A DNA stretch of 63,830 nt, filler included, from Chiloscyllium plagiosum (taxonomy: Eukaryota), in the NCBI RefSeq assembly GCF_004010195.1. It is 3 parts of one record of this genome, joined end to end, with 100 filler letters (N's around TTAATTAATTAA, not from the genome) between each part and the next. Parts side by side here need not be neighbours in the genome. Positions count along the whole stretch, not along the records: positions 24,051 to 53,836 come from NC_057712.1; positions 53,937 to 63,830 come from NC_057712.1; 1 more part is not named here. One strand, given 5' to 3'. The position numbers and the translations under genes are program-made. Under the pieces are notes generated by a model that was given only the letters and a program-made list of their open reading frames with translations, was not told where the DNA came from and ran no database searches. Of the stretch, positions 49,191 to 62,434 are shown in pieces. Within the stretch, counting starts at the first letter, position 1. Each line of letters begins with the position of its first letter.

Positions 49191-51439
49191 GATGCCCCAA
49201 ATCATTATTAATGGACTCCCTTCTTTATTCTCCCACATCCTTAGTTGTTCTCAACGAGCCAATTTTAGAAAGTTTATAGTTGCCTTTCTCCAAGACCATT
49301 TAAATTTGTATTTTAAAAGGAGTCAGTTTAATCAGGGTTTCTTGAGTTAACAAAAGAGTGAGTTGATTAGTTAACAAGTATGCATACAAATAATAAAACA
49401 GCACAAGTACACACAGATTAGGGATAAAACTATATCCAAAGAAAGGTAAAAGTTAAAAGAATTCTATTGACCTAACTGAGTTGTTCAGGAGTAGATAACA
49501 GAATTTCGATGGTTGATCTATACATTTCAGGATTCTTGGCTTCACAGTTATTCGAAATCCTTCTGAGCTGTTTCCTTTGATGATGGGCTGATATTACTCA
49601 GAGTGAGACGGTTCTTCTGTTGTCCTGTTTTTTTCCTCCTGGGTTGTTATCTAGCTGGCTTCTGGTACTCAAAGTGAGAAACTTTTTTTAACCTGCCACA
49701 CAGGGGTGTTTAGTGGATGGTTCTTCAACAGTGACCTTCACATCACACGATCATTTGGACTCAGGATAGTATTCATGAGTACCTCGGTTTATAGTACACC
49801 TTCTTCCACTAGCATACACAGACCAGGATTACGTGAGGTTCCAATGCCCCTTTTTTGTGTATTCCTGAGTGGACAAGGCACAAAGGATCTCTGCAATGTA
49901 TGATTTTCTGCTGATGGAGGGAGACAGTCAATCTGCTTTTTATCTTTTTCTGTTATGCTTCTCTCTCAGTCTGAACTTTCTGTGGGATTCTACAGGGGCA
50001 ACATTCTATACATTCCATACACGGGTTTGCCAGACAACAATGACATTAGATTGACATTTTCTTTCTTTTGTCATCTTTAGATGTCCTGTTTTAAGAAGCA
50101 CATTTCGGAATTAAATGTTAAAATATGTCCATCATGCTTTGGGAGTCTGACACCTTCAAGCATCACCTTTAGTCTGTGTAGCAGAGTTTGCATATTATGT
50201 ATTGCAGCCATTTCAGAACCTATTGTATTCTAATGGAGGAAGATCAGCTTCAATCCTGAGGGACTATCCTGAAAGACACTGAACATACTTTATTAATTGT
50301 ATAGCACTTTGGGATGTCCTAAGGTTGTGAAAGTTTAATTCCAATGACTAGCCTGTCAAAGCTGAAATTAACCTATTGTCCCCTGATGAACAGTGGAAAT
50401 TGCAATTTTTTCCACATGAATTTACAATGCTTTAAAAAGTAACATTCTTCAAATTTACTTCAAGGTTGAAAATGTTACAGACTTATTTTCAATGCACACC
50501 CATTTTTCATCTGTTGAAGACCATAAAGGTTATGGATACCTTCCATAATGTGAACAATTTTCAGCTTTTACATTCAATTCAGAGAATAATAATGAAACAC
50601 TGTCTCTATTTTCATTTATTATACACAGAGAACACATTTTCGATTGCGTGTAAGCAAATTATTCTAAGTAAGCAAAAGCTAAATGCAAATCATGTGCCTA
50701 GAATATTAACGATATGCAAATTAATGTATGTAAGTGAAAATTAATACTTTAAATATGTGCAAGGCTCTCTATCTATATATGTGTGAGTGTGTATGTGTGT
50801 GTGTGTGGATCAGTGGGAGATATGGGAAACAGTGGTTTAATTATAAGGAGGCAAATTTACTGAATGGACGGTGGGCACAATATTTGCGCTTTATATTCAT
50901 ATGGCTGAGGATGCAGTTGTAGTTCTAAGTTGAGATTAACAATTAATTCAACAACTACAGTTGACATGGTAAGAATCACTGTGATGCCATCAGGAATGTA
51001 TCTTGCAGGGCAGGAGTTCAGTGTGTGAGCAATGGTTGGACTTGAAACACTATCATCACAGTTTGAGCTCATCCTCATGTTTCACTTGTGGAGCTGTTTT
51101 GCCCACTTGCCCTCAAGTGGTTGAGATTTGACCAGCATTTCCGTGTGAGATTGAAATATGGTACTTCACCCCTTGAGTCAGTTAGCCAGTGATGGTTGTA
51201 CCTCAACCAGAAAGTATGTCATTAGGAAATGGGATTTTGTCAGTTTGTAAGCTGTTGGGTGTGCTCCAGTGTCAAGTATAGGATGTCAGTGTGCGTGGGT
51301 TTTAATTGAGATCCTGTTTAGTTAGATCCTGCTCCTATCAGCCCATTGTGTTCTTTGATAAGGATGTGGACATCAAGAATTCAAAGTGTGCTGGCACAGG
51401 AAATCACTTCAAGTTGTATCAGTCTCATTGACCCAGCAA

Positions 51440-51590
51440 TAAGGATCTTTTAGATAAGTACATGAATAAGCAAGGAATGGATCATGGGCAGGCAGATGGA
51501 ATTAGTTTAACTCGGCATCATGTTTGGCACAACATTGTGGGTAAAAAGGCAAGTTTCTGTGCTGCACTGTTTCATGTTCTATGTTCTGTA
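51440..51590 (+). mobile_element. CR1 3' tail
   Basis: TTTTAGATAAGTACATGAAT...TTTCTGTGCTG...TGTTCTATGTTCT. Confidence 0.55.
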
Positions 51591-51814
51591 GTCCAAATGT
51601 GAATGTCTACAGCATTTGTGCAGTGACACCTTAGCCTGGGCTAGTAGCAATACCCTGTAGTTAGATAAACATGGCGAGTAAAACAATGGATAGTGTATTA
51701 GCATTGCTATCCTAGGTCATATCTAGCTATTTCCATATGCAATTCACTTTCTTCTTGGCCTTGGAAATGGCGCTGGAAGGTTCAACAATATTCTTATTAA
51801 TATCCCATTGTCAT

Positions 51815-52075
51815 CAGTATCTAAAATCAACAGACCTCTTCTTGAGGTTCTTCAGTGACTGATCTCCCAAGTTGGGCAGAGAATTATGAAGATGCACAAC
51901 CCTCTGAATGAAGAAATTCTGCTTCATTTCAATCCTAAATAGACTCCTTCTTATTCCAATACGTGAATTGCTTCCATACCATTTAGTCAAGGAAAATATC
52001 CTTTCTGCATCTACCCTGACGAGCCCAGTAAGAACTCTAGTGAAATCACCTCTCATTCTTCCAAATGCTAGAGAA
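51815..52075 (-). mobile_element. Old CR1 3' fragment
   Basis: RIEMKQNFFIQRVVHLHNSLP. Confidence 0.65.
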
Positions 52076-53539
52076 CTACAGATTCTACCAATGGCCCATG
52101 GGTTAAACTACCACCAGTCATCTCTCCCAAGTGACGCAGTGGGACTATGGTGACTTTGCCATTTTCTTGTCATATTATGCAGATGAAGCTTGTGGCCTAA
52201 TTTCCAGTGAGCTTCATGCTGCTGTACAACTTGAAACCAATACTGATTTTGCTGCCAATGAGCCAACATACATTGAAATTCTCTTTTTGTATGAGGAAAA
52301 TTGAATGATAATAATGCAGTTTTATATGTTAATTTAATAATACTGTTGTGAGATACACTTTTCTGTCAATTTTTCCTCTTCTCTTTGACATACAGGTGTA
52401 GGGACTTTAACTGGCCTCATGTGTCTGGGTGCAGAGGTCATTTTCATGACCCTGCAGAGTGCAATCAATTGATTGAATTTGTGGGAGTAGCCTTGTGTGT
52501 AAAGTATAAATTCCAACAGGGACCAGTCAGACCAAATGGTCTGTTTCCATGGTGCCAACTTAACTCAGCCATGTCTGGAGTGCTGCCTATTTTTCAGCAG
52601 GAGTCATAGAAGGCTGATCACACATAGAAATCTGAGACAATTTTCTCTCCCTCCCCGAGATTAAAGTATGCAGTTGTGGCACCCCAGCCAAACTCAGCTC
52701 AATCAGCTCTAAACTAAGGATAAGAGCTGGAACTTTCCTGGTCCAACAGCTCAGTAGCTTGCTGGGCAATGCATTTTGCCTGTGAGCGATCGAAAGCTCA
52801 AAGCCAAGGTCGTACAGGTTGCTATGGATAAATAAATGACAAGCAGACAGCTCAGTGTGTCATGTGTGAAAAACTGCTGAGTAAGCTTATGGAGAGAAAT
52901 TATAAAAAACCACAGGACAGCTGGATATCGGGCACGGCTATAAAGAGATGAAGGTGAAGAAGTGGAGAAAGAGATGCTTTATTTGCAGTACATTTTGGCA
53001 CAGAACATTTCATAACTGGTAGGCTGCCAAGAGATCATTAATAAACTTTACAGCAGCAAAAGTAATTGTAACTTTAAAAAAATAAGTTCCCTGATATTAC
53101 CTCGCTATGATATAGTAATGTACTTGCACTGAAATGTCAAACATTTCTTTGTGGGTTCATGCAATGAATCATTTGTGTGAAATTCAAGATTTTTTTAAAA
53201 CTTTCAGTAAGTAAGATTTAAGAATAATTGCAGTGCTCCAAGCAGGACTCACATGGACTACAAGTCAGAGAATCAGTGTGATACTTCTGTAGTACAGAGT
53301 CCTACCATGAATACTCTCTTTGAGGCTAGGTTTGACTGGTGGTGCAAAGGTTACCTTAAAGAGCTGAATCTCCAGGATGTGGAGGACTAGGCTGCAGTAC
53401 AGCACAAAAGTAAGCGACCTTCTCCTGTCTGCCACCGCTCCCACCTGCCACCAATGCTCTCGGTCTGCTACCTTCTCTGTTACATGAAACATCTTCCCTC
53501 ATTAGAATTAGAATGAGATTTTATTGCCACATGTACTCA

Positions 53540-53836
53540 ATAGAAAAGGAGGCAAATGAGGAGGGGGAGTAGAATTTTTGATAAGGGATAGCATTACAGC
53601 TGTACTGAGGGAGGATATTCCCGGAAATACATCCAGGGAAGATATTTGGGTGGAGCCGAGAAATAAGAAAGGGATGATCACCTTATTGGGATTGTATTAT
53701 AGACCACCCAATAGTCAGAGGGAAATTGAGAAACAAACTTGGAAGGCGATCTCAGCTATCTGTAAGAATAATAGGGTAGTTATGGTAGGGGATTTTAACT
53801 TTCCAAACATCGACTGGGACTGCCATAGTGTTAAAG
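53540..53836 (+). mobile_element. CR1 ORF2 APE fragment ending at a gap
   Basis: GLYYRPPNS...VMVGDFNFPNIDW; very similar to 63610-63830. Confidence 0.85.
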
Positions 53837-53936
53837 NNNNNNNNNNNNNNNNNNNNNNNNNNNNNNNNNNNNNNNNNNNNTTAATTAATTAANNNNNNNN
53901 NNNNNNNNNNNNNNNNNNNNNNNNNNNNNNNNNNNN
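53837..53936. other. Assembly gap with TTAATTAATTAA linker
   Basis: 44 N + TTAATTAATTAA (53881-53892) + 44 N. Confidence 0.95.
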
Positions 53937-54276
53937 AAAAAAAACTGGGTCTAAAGGATACAACAAGCAAAATTCAGCACTTACCTACTTACCACAACAG
54001 GTGTTATTATTAGGTTAGAGGAGGAGGGCGGGTGGGAGGCACTACCCGTGTAGTGCCTCGGGTTCCTCTCCTTCGCGCTTTTAAAGGGGGAAAAAACCTA
54101 CCCAGGTAAGCTTACACTAACTGCTTCCGGGTCTCGGCTGCCCCTCTGGTCGTCGTCACTTCCCCCTGGTGCTCCCGCTCTTTCTGTGAAGAGAGAGTGA
54201 AAGAGAAAAAAAAACACCGCTGCCCGCTACCGGTAAGCACTTTTAAAACCAAACGGTCTTACCTTCGCTGCTGCTC

Positions 54277-55810
54277 GCACAGGTTCGAACAAGACCTCTT
54301 CTCTATGCAGGATCTCCAACCAACATTGTACACCAGGTACATTGACGACATTTTCTTCCTCTGGACCCATGATGAGGAGTCACAGATAAAACTACACATT
54401 GACATCAACAAGTTTCATCCCACCATCAAACTCACCATGGACTATTCTCGACTATCTGTCTCATTCTTGGACACATGCATCTCCATCAAGGATGGACACC
54501 TCAGCACCACACTCTACCGCAAACCCACAGACAACTTCATAATGCTACATTTCTCCAGCTTCCATCCAAAACATATTAAAACAGCCATCCCCTATGGACA
54601 AGCCCTACATGTATAGCAGATCTGCTCAGATGAGGAGGAACGTGACGGACACCTGGAAGTACTCAGGGATGCTCTCACAAGAATGGGGTATGATGCACAA
54701 CTCATCGACCGCCAGTTCTGACGTGCCACAGCAAGGAACCGTAATGACCTCCTCAGGAGACAGACACGTGCTGCAACCGACAGGGAACCCTTCGTTGTTC
54801 AGTATTTCCCAGGAGCCAAAAAATTATGCCATGTTCTTTGTGACCTGCAACACATTATCAATGAGGATGAGCACCTCACCAAGACCTTCCCCACACCTCC
54901 ACTACTTGCCTTTAAACAACCACCAAACCTCAAACAGATCGTTGTTCGTAGCAAGCTGCTCAGCTCTCAGGACAACTCCATACAACCCTGTCACATAGGC
55001 GCTGCAAGACGTGTCAGAGTGTGGACATAGATGCCACCATAACGCGTGGGGACACCTCCCACCTTGTACATGGTAGGAACTCATGTGACTCAGCCAACAT
55101 TGTTTATCTTATATGTTGCAGGCAAGGATGCCTGGAGGCATGGTGGTTTGGGGAAATCGAGTAAAGGCTACGACAACGGATGAATGGGCACCGCACAACA
55201 ATCAACAGACAGGAGGGTTCCCTCCCAGTTGGGGAACACTTCAGTGGTCCAGGATATTCAGCCTCGGACCTTCGGGTGACCATCCTCCAAGGTGGACTTC
55301 GGGACAGGCAGCAGAGACAGGTGGCTGAGCAGAGGCTGATAGCTAAGTTCGATACCCATAGGGAGGGCCTCAACCGGGACCTTGGGTTCACGTCACACTA
55401 CAGTTGACTACCATTGCATTATACACACACACAGACACTCCTATATACACACACACACACACACGCGCGCACTCCTATACACACACGTACACAGATGCGT
55501 ACACAGACACCCACACACACCCTTATAGACACACACACTCCCACACATGCACCCCCTCACAGACTTAAGACACTCTGCACTCANNNNNNNNNNNNNNNNN
55601 NNNNNNNNNNNNNNNNNNNNNNNNNNNNNNNNNNNNNNNNNNNNNNNNNNNNNNNNNNNNNNNNNNNNNNNNNNTAAATTTTTGCTATAAATTCTGTGTG
55701 TTAGGATTGAGCCCTCCACTATCACCTGATGAAGGAGCGTCACTCCGAAAGTTAGTGTGCTTCCAATTAAACCTGTTGGACTATAACCTGGTGTTATGTG
55801 AGTTTTAATC
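54277..55810 (+). mobile_element. 5'-truncated Neptune-type PLE (family B), second copy
   Basis: HRFEQD..RYIDDIF..LYRKPTD; RCKTCQ; GLNRDLGF; (CA)-rich UTR; N-gap at 55584-55674; pLTR end. Confidence 0.9.
55723..55757 (+). ncRNA. Hammerhead motif, family B, core intact
   Basis: CAC-CTGATGA-A-GGAG-CGTCA-CTCC-GAAA-GTTA-GTG. Confidence 0.6.
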
Positions 55811-55814
55811 ATGT

Positions 55815-58292
55815 AATTCAAATTGTCCTAAAAGTCTGCTAAATGTTGACTTTAAATTATTGTCAAAGTATTGGCCCGACATTTGGAAACCATTCTTCCA
55901 TGTACCATATTCTTGGATCAAACAAAATTTATTCTCAAAAGGCACTCTTTTTTTAAATCTTTGGCACGTATTTAACGTTGTTTACAGTTTTTCCCATTCA
56001 CTCTCCCTGAGGCCTTGATATCTTTAGATGCTGTAAAAGCCTTTGATAGAGTAAAATGGAACTTTTTTTTACTTTGGAGAAATTTGGCTTTGAGAAAAAA
56101 TTTATTTCCTGGATCAAACTACTCTGTGCATCACCACAGCGTTGTGTTGGCACCAATAATATAAACATTGACTACTTCTACCTTTATTGTTCCACTAGAC
56201 AAGGTTGTCCTTTGAGTTTGCCATTGCAATTGAACCTTTGTCTATTGCTGTATGGACTCATCCTGATTTTTCTGGTATTACTAAAAATGGTATAGAGTTG
56301 AAGGTTGCCCTCTGCGCAGATGACCTTTTGCTGTTTGGCTCGAACTTATCTCTCTTTTTTCCCACCGCACTTTTAATTTTAGAATCTTTCAGTAAGATTG
56401 CTGGGTAAAAATTGAACCTTAGCAAAAGTGAGATATTTGCGATCAATAAGCTTGCCAGGGAATACCCACTAGATAATTTACCTTTTAAAATTGCCAACTC
56501 TGGTTTCACTTACCTTGGTGTACACATGGCAGATACACTAGGCAATTTGTACAGGAAAAATTTTGAACCATAACTGACACAAATTAAACAAGACTTCAAA
56601 CGATAGTCTCTCTTTAATTTTTCTGTTGCTGCTAAAATTAATTCCATTAAAATGAAAATTTGTCCTCAATTTTCTTACTTATTTCAATGCACACCAATTT
56701 TTCTCCCTCTTTACAATTTCTGTAAATTAGATAGTCTCATTCTTGAATTTATTTGAAATTAAAAAAGCTCCTAGGTTATGAAAGCAGTTGCTACAGAGGC
56801 CTAAGATGCTAGGTGGAATGGCACTGCCAAATATTTTGTTTTATTACTGGGCAGTAAACATTAGAAATTTGAACTATTGGCTTCATTATGAGAACCTTGT
56901 TGCTCTCCCAAATTAGTTGAATACTGAGGCAGAATCCACCCATCCGGTAACATTGAAGGCTTTATTGCATTCACCTCTCCTTTCTTCAACCTCTATCTAC
57001 ACAAATAATGTAATTGTTTCATCCAGTCTTAAAATTTGGTTTCAATTAAGACGCACTTTGGCTTTCAGTCATTTTCTACTTAGGCACCATTGGCAGCAAA
57101 TCATGCTTTTCCCCCATCTTTAGTGGAAAGTGCCTTTTCTGGTTGGGCTAAGTTAGGAATAAGAACTGTGAAAGATTTATATGCTGATAGCATATGTTGC
57201 ATCTTTTCAACAATTATTTGATAAGTTTTCACTTCCGAAAAGCCACTTCTTTAGATACCTTCAAGTTTGCAGTTTCGTCCATAGTTTATTTCAAGTTTTG
57301 CCCTTCCTTCCTAATGATTCTAATTTTGACATCTTTCTAGAACTGCTTTCTTCATTTAGGGGTCTGGTTCAGCTATTTATTCAAACACCCGTAAAATATG
57401 CTCAGCTTCTCTTGATTCTATTCAAGCTATCTGGGAAGCAGATCTGGCAGAGCTGGAAGAGGTAATTCCGGGTGATGTGTGGGTTGAGATTTTACAAAGT
57501 GTGTACAGATCTTCTATCTGTCCAAAGCATTGTTTTATTCAATACAAGATTCTACACCATGCCCACTACACCAAAACTCAACTTGCAAAAATATTTGAGG
57601 TAGTGTCTCAGCCCTGTGATTGGTATCAACAAACCCCCAACAAATTATATGAACATGTTTTGGCTTTGCCCTTCTTTAGGTAGATATTGGACTGATATTT
57701 TTGATGCCTTATCGAAGGCATCCGATGAAAATCTTACTCCTAATGCTACTACCATGTTGTTTGGGGTGTCACTCTCTTTACCTAATCTTTCTTCCTCTAA
57801 AAAAGACATGATAGAATTCACTACCTTATTGGCCAGAAGATTTATATTGTTAAACTGGAAATCCCTAACTCTGCCTACTCATACATGCTGGGTTAGAGAT
57901 GTGTTATACTTTCTTCAATTAGAAAAGGTTAGATTATCCTTACCTGACTCCTCTAACAAATTTACAAAAAAATTGGAACCCTTTTCTTTCATATGCTAAG
58001 GGTGTTGTCTTTCTAACTGTTCCAGACTGAGGTATCTTCTGTTGTGATGATTCTTTACCTCGTTTTTCTTTCCTTTTTCTTTTGTTGATGCAGTTATCTT
58101 ACTGCTGGTTTAATTTATTATGTTGTGTGCTTTGTATATGCTTATATTTATTATGGTTGCTTGTCATGTTTGCTTTCGATTTTTGGGGGAGATGTTGGGG
58201 AGGGTGGTCGGGGTTTTGTTTACTGCTGTTTATTGCTTGTGATTGCACCTTGCTTTGCTGTCATTTTTTTGGAGGAAAAAATCAATTAAAAA
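55815..58292 (+). mobile_element. L1/Tx1-clade LINE, ORF2 RT to 3' UTR, disrupted
   Basis: SLLNVDFK, SLDAVKAFDRV.W, TRQGCPLS, FAIAIEPL, ADDLLL, GGMALPN, C-terminal MFWLCP..YW; T-rich 3' UTR ending AATTAAAAA. Confidence 0.85.
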
Positions 58293-58429
58293 CCTGTGTG
58301 ACTCCTTAACCAATCCAATTTAACACTTGCTTATGTGAAGCAATGTTTCAACCAAGAACTGCTCCAAAAGTGGCCAATCATAGAGTTAATTTGTACAAAC
58401 AGTTAGCAGTCATCACTATCTTCATCAGG

Positions 58430-59003
58430 ATACCCAGGTGAACCATCTTTATTTGCTTCAATGACTTTTCCTCGATCATAAAGTCAGAAGTTGGGATGAT
58501 TGCACAGCATTCACCACCATTCTCAAATCCTCAAATAATTGGGTCCATATGCAGCAACACATAGGCAATGTTCAGACTTGACAAGTGGAAAGTAACATTC
58601 AAGTAATACAAAAACCAGACAATGGTCATCACCAACAAGAGATAATCTAACCATCTCCTCATGACAGTCAATGTAATGCAGTAACTTATCAAGGCTCTTT
58701 CAGCAGCACCTTCTGTTTGAATTCTCTCTAACACTGAGAAGGATCAGAACAGCAGATGCATAGGAACAATGCCACCTGCAAGCTTCCCCACGCACTATCT
58801 TGAGTTAGAACTATGTCGCTATTTCTTCACTGTTGTTGGGTCAACTCTTGGAGCTCCATTCCCAATAGAACAACAGGTGTACCTGCACTAAATGGACTGC
58901 AACAGTTCAAGAATTCAGCTCACCATCATCTTCAAGAGGAGTTAGTGATGGGTAATGAATGTTGGCTTTACCACTGACACCATCGTCCCATGAGAAAAAA
59001 ATA
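58430..59003 (+). mobile_element. Degenerate L2/CR1-group LINE 3' part
   Basis: TTCAATGAC..TCGATCATAAAGTCAGAAGT; tail GGGTAATGAATGTTGGC...CCCATGAGAAAAAA. Confidence 0.65.
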
Positions 59004-61296
59004 AATTCTCACTAAGGGTGTGAGCAGTAAATATGAATTTAGCATTTCTAATTTGTGTTAAAATCTTTGAAGTATTCATCACAAACCTGTCAATGATCCC
59101 CTAATGAAGGATCAGCAATGGCTGAGAACGTTACATTTAAATTAAAAAGAAAATTCAATATCACAAATATCGTATTAACATCTTGCAGGGTAATATTGTG
59201 TAACATTAAATCAGCCAAAGTTAAACAAAGGAGGGAACACATCCTCTCTCATTAAATTAATATTGATGTTGATTAAATCAAGAAATCAAAATAATTAGAT
59301 TTTTTAAGTAAATGAAATCCATTACTACATCCAGTTACAGATAATGATAAAATCCTAACCTTCAAAGTAATTGTTAAAATGACTATTTTAAAGACTCCTC
59401 AGACATTCTAATAGGAGACATCATGCATCTTTAATAACCTCCAGTGAGTTCATCTGCGAGCAATGGAACTCCAACTGACTTGAGCTCTGTCCCAATTCAA
59501 TCCACCTAGTCACAAGGTTAGAGAGGTTTCGCAATCACTTTAAGATGCATCAGAGTAGATAAATTATGTTCAGTTCTAGTCATGGTACAAGGATATAAAA
59601 TGAAAATGATTTTACATCTAAAAATTATAATCTGTAAAGCAACAATAGAGAAACTGTTATAACCAGATGATAAGAGGCAAACTGTCTTCATATTTTCAGT
59701 CTCCACAATTGTTCACAGCAAAGATTTAGTTCTTTTTTGCATGAAACTATTCCTTTCTCTGGTTAGCTAATTTTACTGGAAGCAAAAAGGAGCCAATTGC
59801 AAGGTTGGCTTGAGTTAAAGAGTGAACATGTTTATTATCTGCAAATCTGGAGAAAATACTAAAGGTAATGTAAAGTTAAAAATAAATTATATAAATACAA
59901 CACAAATTTCAAAGAATGTACAGTTTAAAGTCACTCAGGTATATTTGAGAGATAAGATTTTAACCTGAGGCCATGATTGGTTAGTTGGTTTTCTTAACCA
60001 TAAGCAAATGACAGGTACCTTTTAAATTCACAGTTTCCTGCTGTTTCTTTATAAGTCAGAATTGCAACTGGGCATGTTTCTTCTGTGGAGACACAGAGAC
60101 AGAGAAAGAGGAAGAAAGAAATTCCTCAAGCTGATGCTCAATTCTGCAGTCTAAAACCTATCTGCTCTTTTCTGTCAAAAAGAGAGCTCTTTGAAATTGT
60201 AGCACATTTGCATAGTATATCTGTTGAAATTATGTTTTATTTCAGCCTTGATAATCATAGGTGATGTTTTATCTCTGATGTGTAAAGGTTTTCCTTTTAG
60301 TTTAAGTCAAGTCCTAGTTGACTGGTTTTATTACTCAAAGGATAAAACGTTACTTTCTGTTCAGACTTCTTAAAAATTTAATCAACATCAGTTTATTGAA
60401 AGTTGGCCAACCTGGGTCAGGTGATTCCTGTGATGGTTTTAAAGTCAGTGCTTTGGTGCTTTTTAAGTTGCCATAGTACTTGAAAGAATCAGATTTTAAA
60501 ATCAGGTGATGGGATTCAAAGATCTATTGCTCATATTTTACATGATTGTGACAACATTCAAACAATCTCCAACATTATAGAGATTGGACAGGTACACAGA
60601 CCTTCTTTAAGGTAAGTCAAGCAGTAAACACGAGAGAGATGTAAGTAAAGTCAGGTCTACAGACTCAGACAACATGAAATACAGGAAACAGCTATTATGA
60701 AGAGCTCAGTATTCAGAGCGTTGGATGTTCAGAATGATCATGGATAGTAGAGATAAAAAGGTTTTTGAGACTTTATTTTGGATGCTAAGTTGAAAACATG
60801 CTTCCAAAATACAGCAAACCATTCACACAGGAATCGTTTCAGTTAGCAGGTGAAATTTCTAGTTGAAAGTAAGCAACTGTACAGTTCACATAATGAAATA
60901 TGGCATAGCTTCAATCTGTTGGACATAAACTAATTGGAACTGGATTCATGCGCACAAATACCCCATGCTGAATTCCCAATCTTACCTGCATCACCACAGG
61001 GCACAGCCAAGAGACGTCAAGGAATTTCCACATGGGATGTTAGAAAATTAGAAAATTGGTCACTCTAAGCCACTTTTTCATTACCTTTAGAAGATATCTA
61101 CTGAATAACAATGGCACAGTTATAAGACTGTATCTCTCCCACACACTACACAAATTATTTGATGTGTCACAAACTCAAAAGCAATAAGAAAATTGTCACA
61201 TATATTTTAAAATTGTAATGGATATTAATCTCGAAAATATTGATACATTGAAATTTATGACAATTATTTTCAAGGTTTAGGAGTTTATATAGACAT

Positions 61297-61590
61297 GGGT
61301 GGCACAATGGCTCAGTGCTGCCTTACAGCACCAGTTTCATCCAGCCTCGGGCAACTGTCTGTGTGGAATTTGCATTCTCCCTGTGTCTGCGTGGGTTTCC
61401 TCCAAAGATGTGCAGCTTAGGTGGATTAGCTATGCTAAATTGCTCATAGTGTCCAGGGATATTTAGGTTCATTGGATTACTGGTGGGAAATGCAGGGTTA
61501 TAGGGATTAGGTCTGGATGGAATGTTCTTTGGAGGTTTGGTGTGGACTCAATGGGCTGAATGGCCTGCTTCCATAATATAGGGATTCAAT
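61297..61590 (+). mobile_element. HE1-like V-SINE
   Basis: GGGTGGCACAATGGCTCAGTG head; GTGTCTGCGTGGGTTTCCTCC. Confidence 0.8.
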
Positions 61591-62434
61591 GTTACAGAAT
61601 TTGGCACTGAATTCCATTTTCCACTTATCAAAATTTTTCGCTGATTTAATTAATATTAATGTTAACTTAACAGGAAATAATTTGGTTCAGTTATTGTTTA
61701 TTTTTGGTTGATAAATATAAAGTGCCATTATATTCCAGAAAATGAATTATTATTATTTTATGATGTTGATTTCTCCATTAATTATAAACATGCATGAGGA
61801 ATTGCTGAAAATTTAATCAGAAGATCTTGGTGAAATGGTTGTAGAAGTAAAAATGAAACAAAACCACAGGAACAACTTACTGAGGCCGGGAAAAATTTCT
61901 GGCTGTAAGAGCTGCTCTTTTTTTTGAGGTATTTTAGGTGCTGGAGGTGATTTCCTCGAATTTCAGGAGCAGCATTGTTTTGGAACTTTGGAAAAGAAAA
62001 AGTCAAAACAACAGCAGTTTAAAAGGGAGAAGAGCAGACAAAGGAAGCACATGGTGAGGACAGTGCAGAAGAGAGAGAGAGAGAGAACCTGCACAGTTAC
62101 TGCCTTTGCTGTTTTTGAATTCATGTGTCGCTGGACATCGGAGTGCATCTGGGAAAATTAACAAACAGTGAAATTCACAACTAATCTTGGAGGAACTGTT
62201 GGGCGAAGTTCACAACACAGAATTAGATAAGTTAATTGTTGTTTTAAGTCTGTCTAAGAGAAAGGCTGCAGTAGTGGGTACAGTGAATTCTTTCTTGATT
62301 ATATGGTTTTGGAGATAAGTCTCCTGATTAAACTTAAAATATAAGCCATAGCTATTAGTTTAACCTGGTGCAGTGTTTTGTAGAGGAATAAGACGGTGTT
62401 ATTTTCTGGGTCTGAAGATTGTGAAGGAGCAAAA

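Noticed and set aside
54197..54616. 139-aa ORF as a real protein
   Set aside because: Chance read-through from non-coding sequence into a truncated PLE RT that stops at 54616
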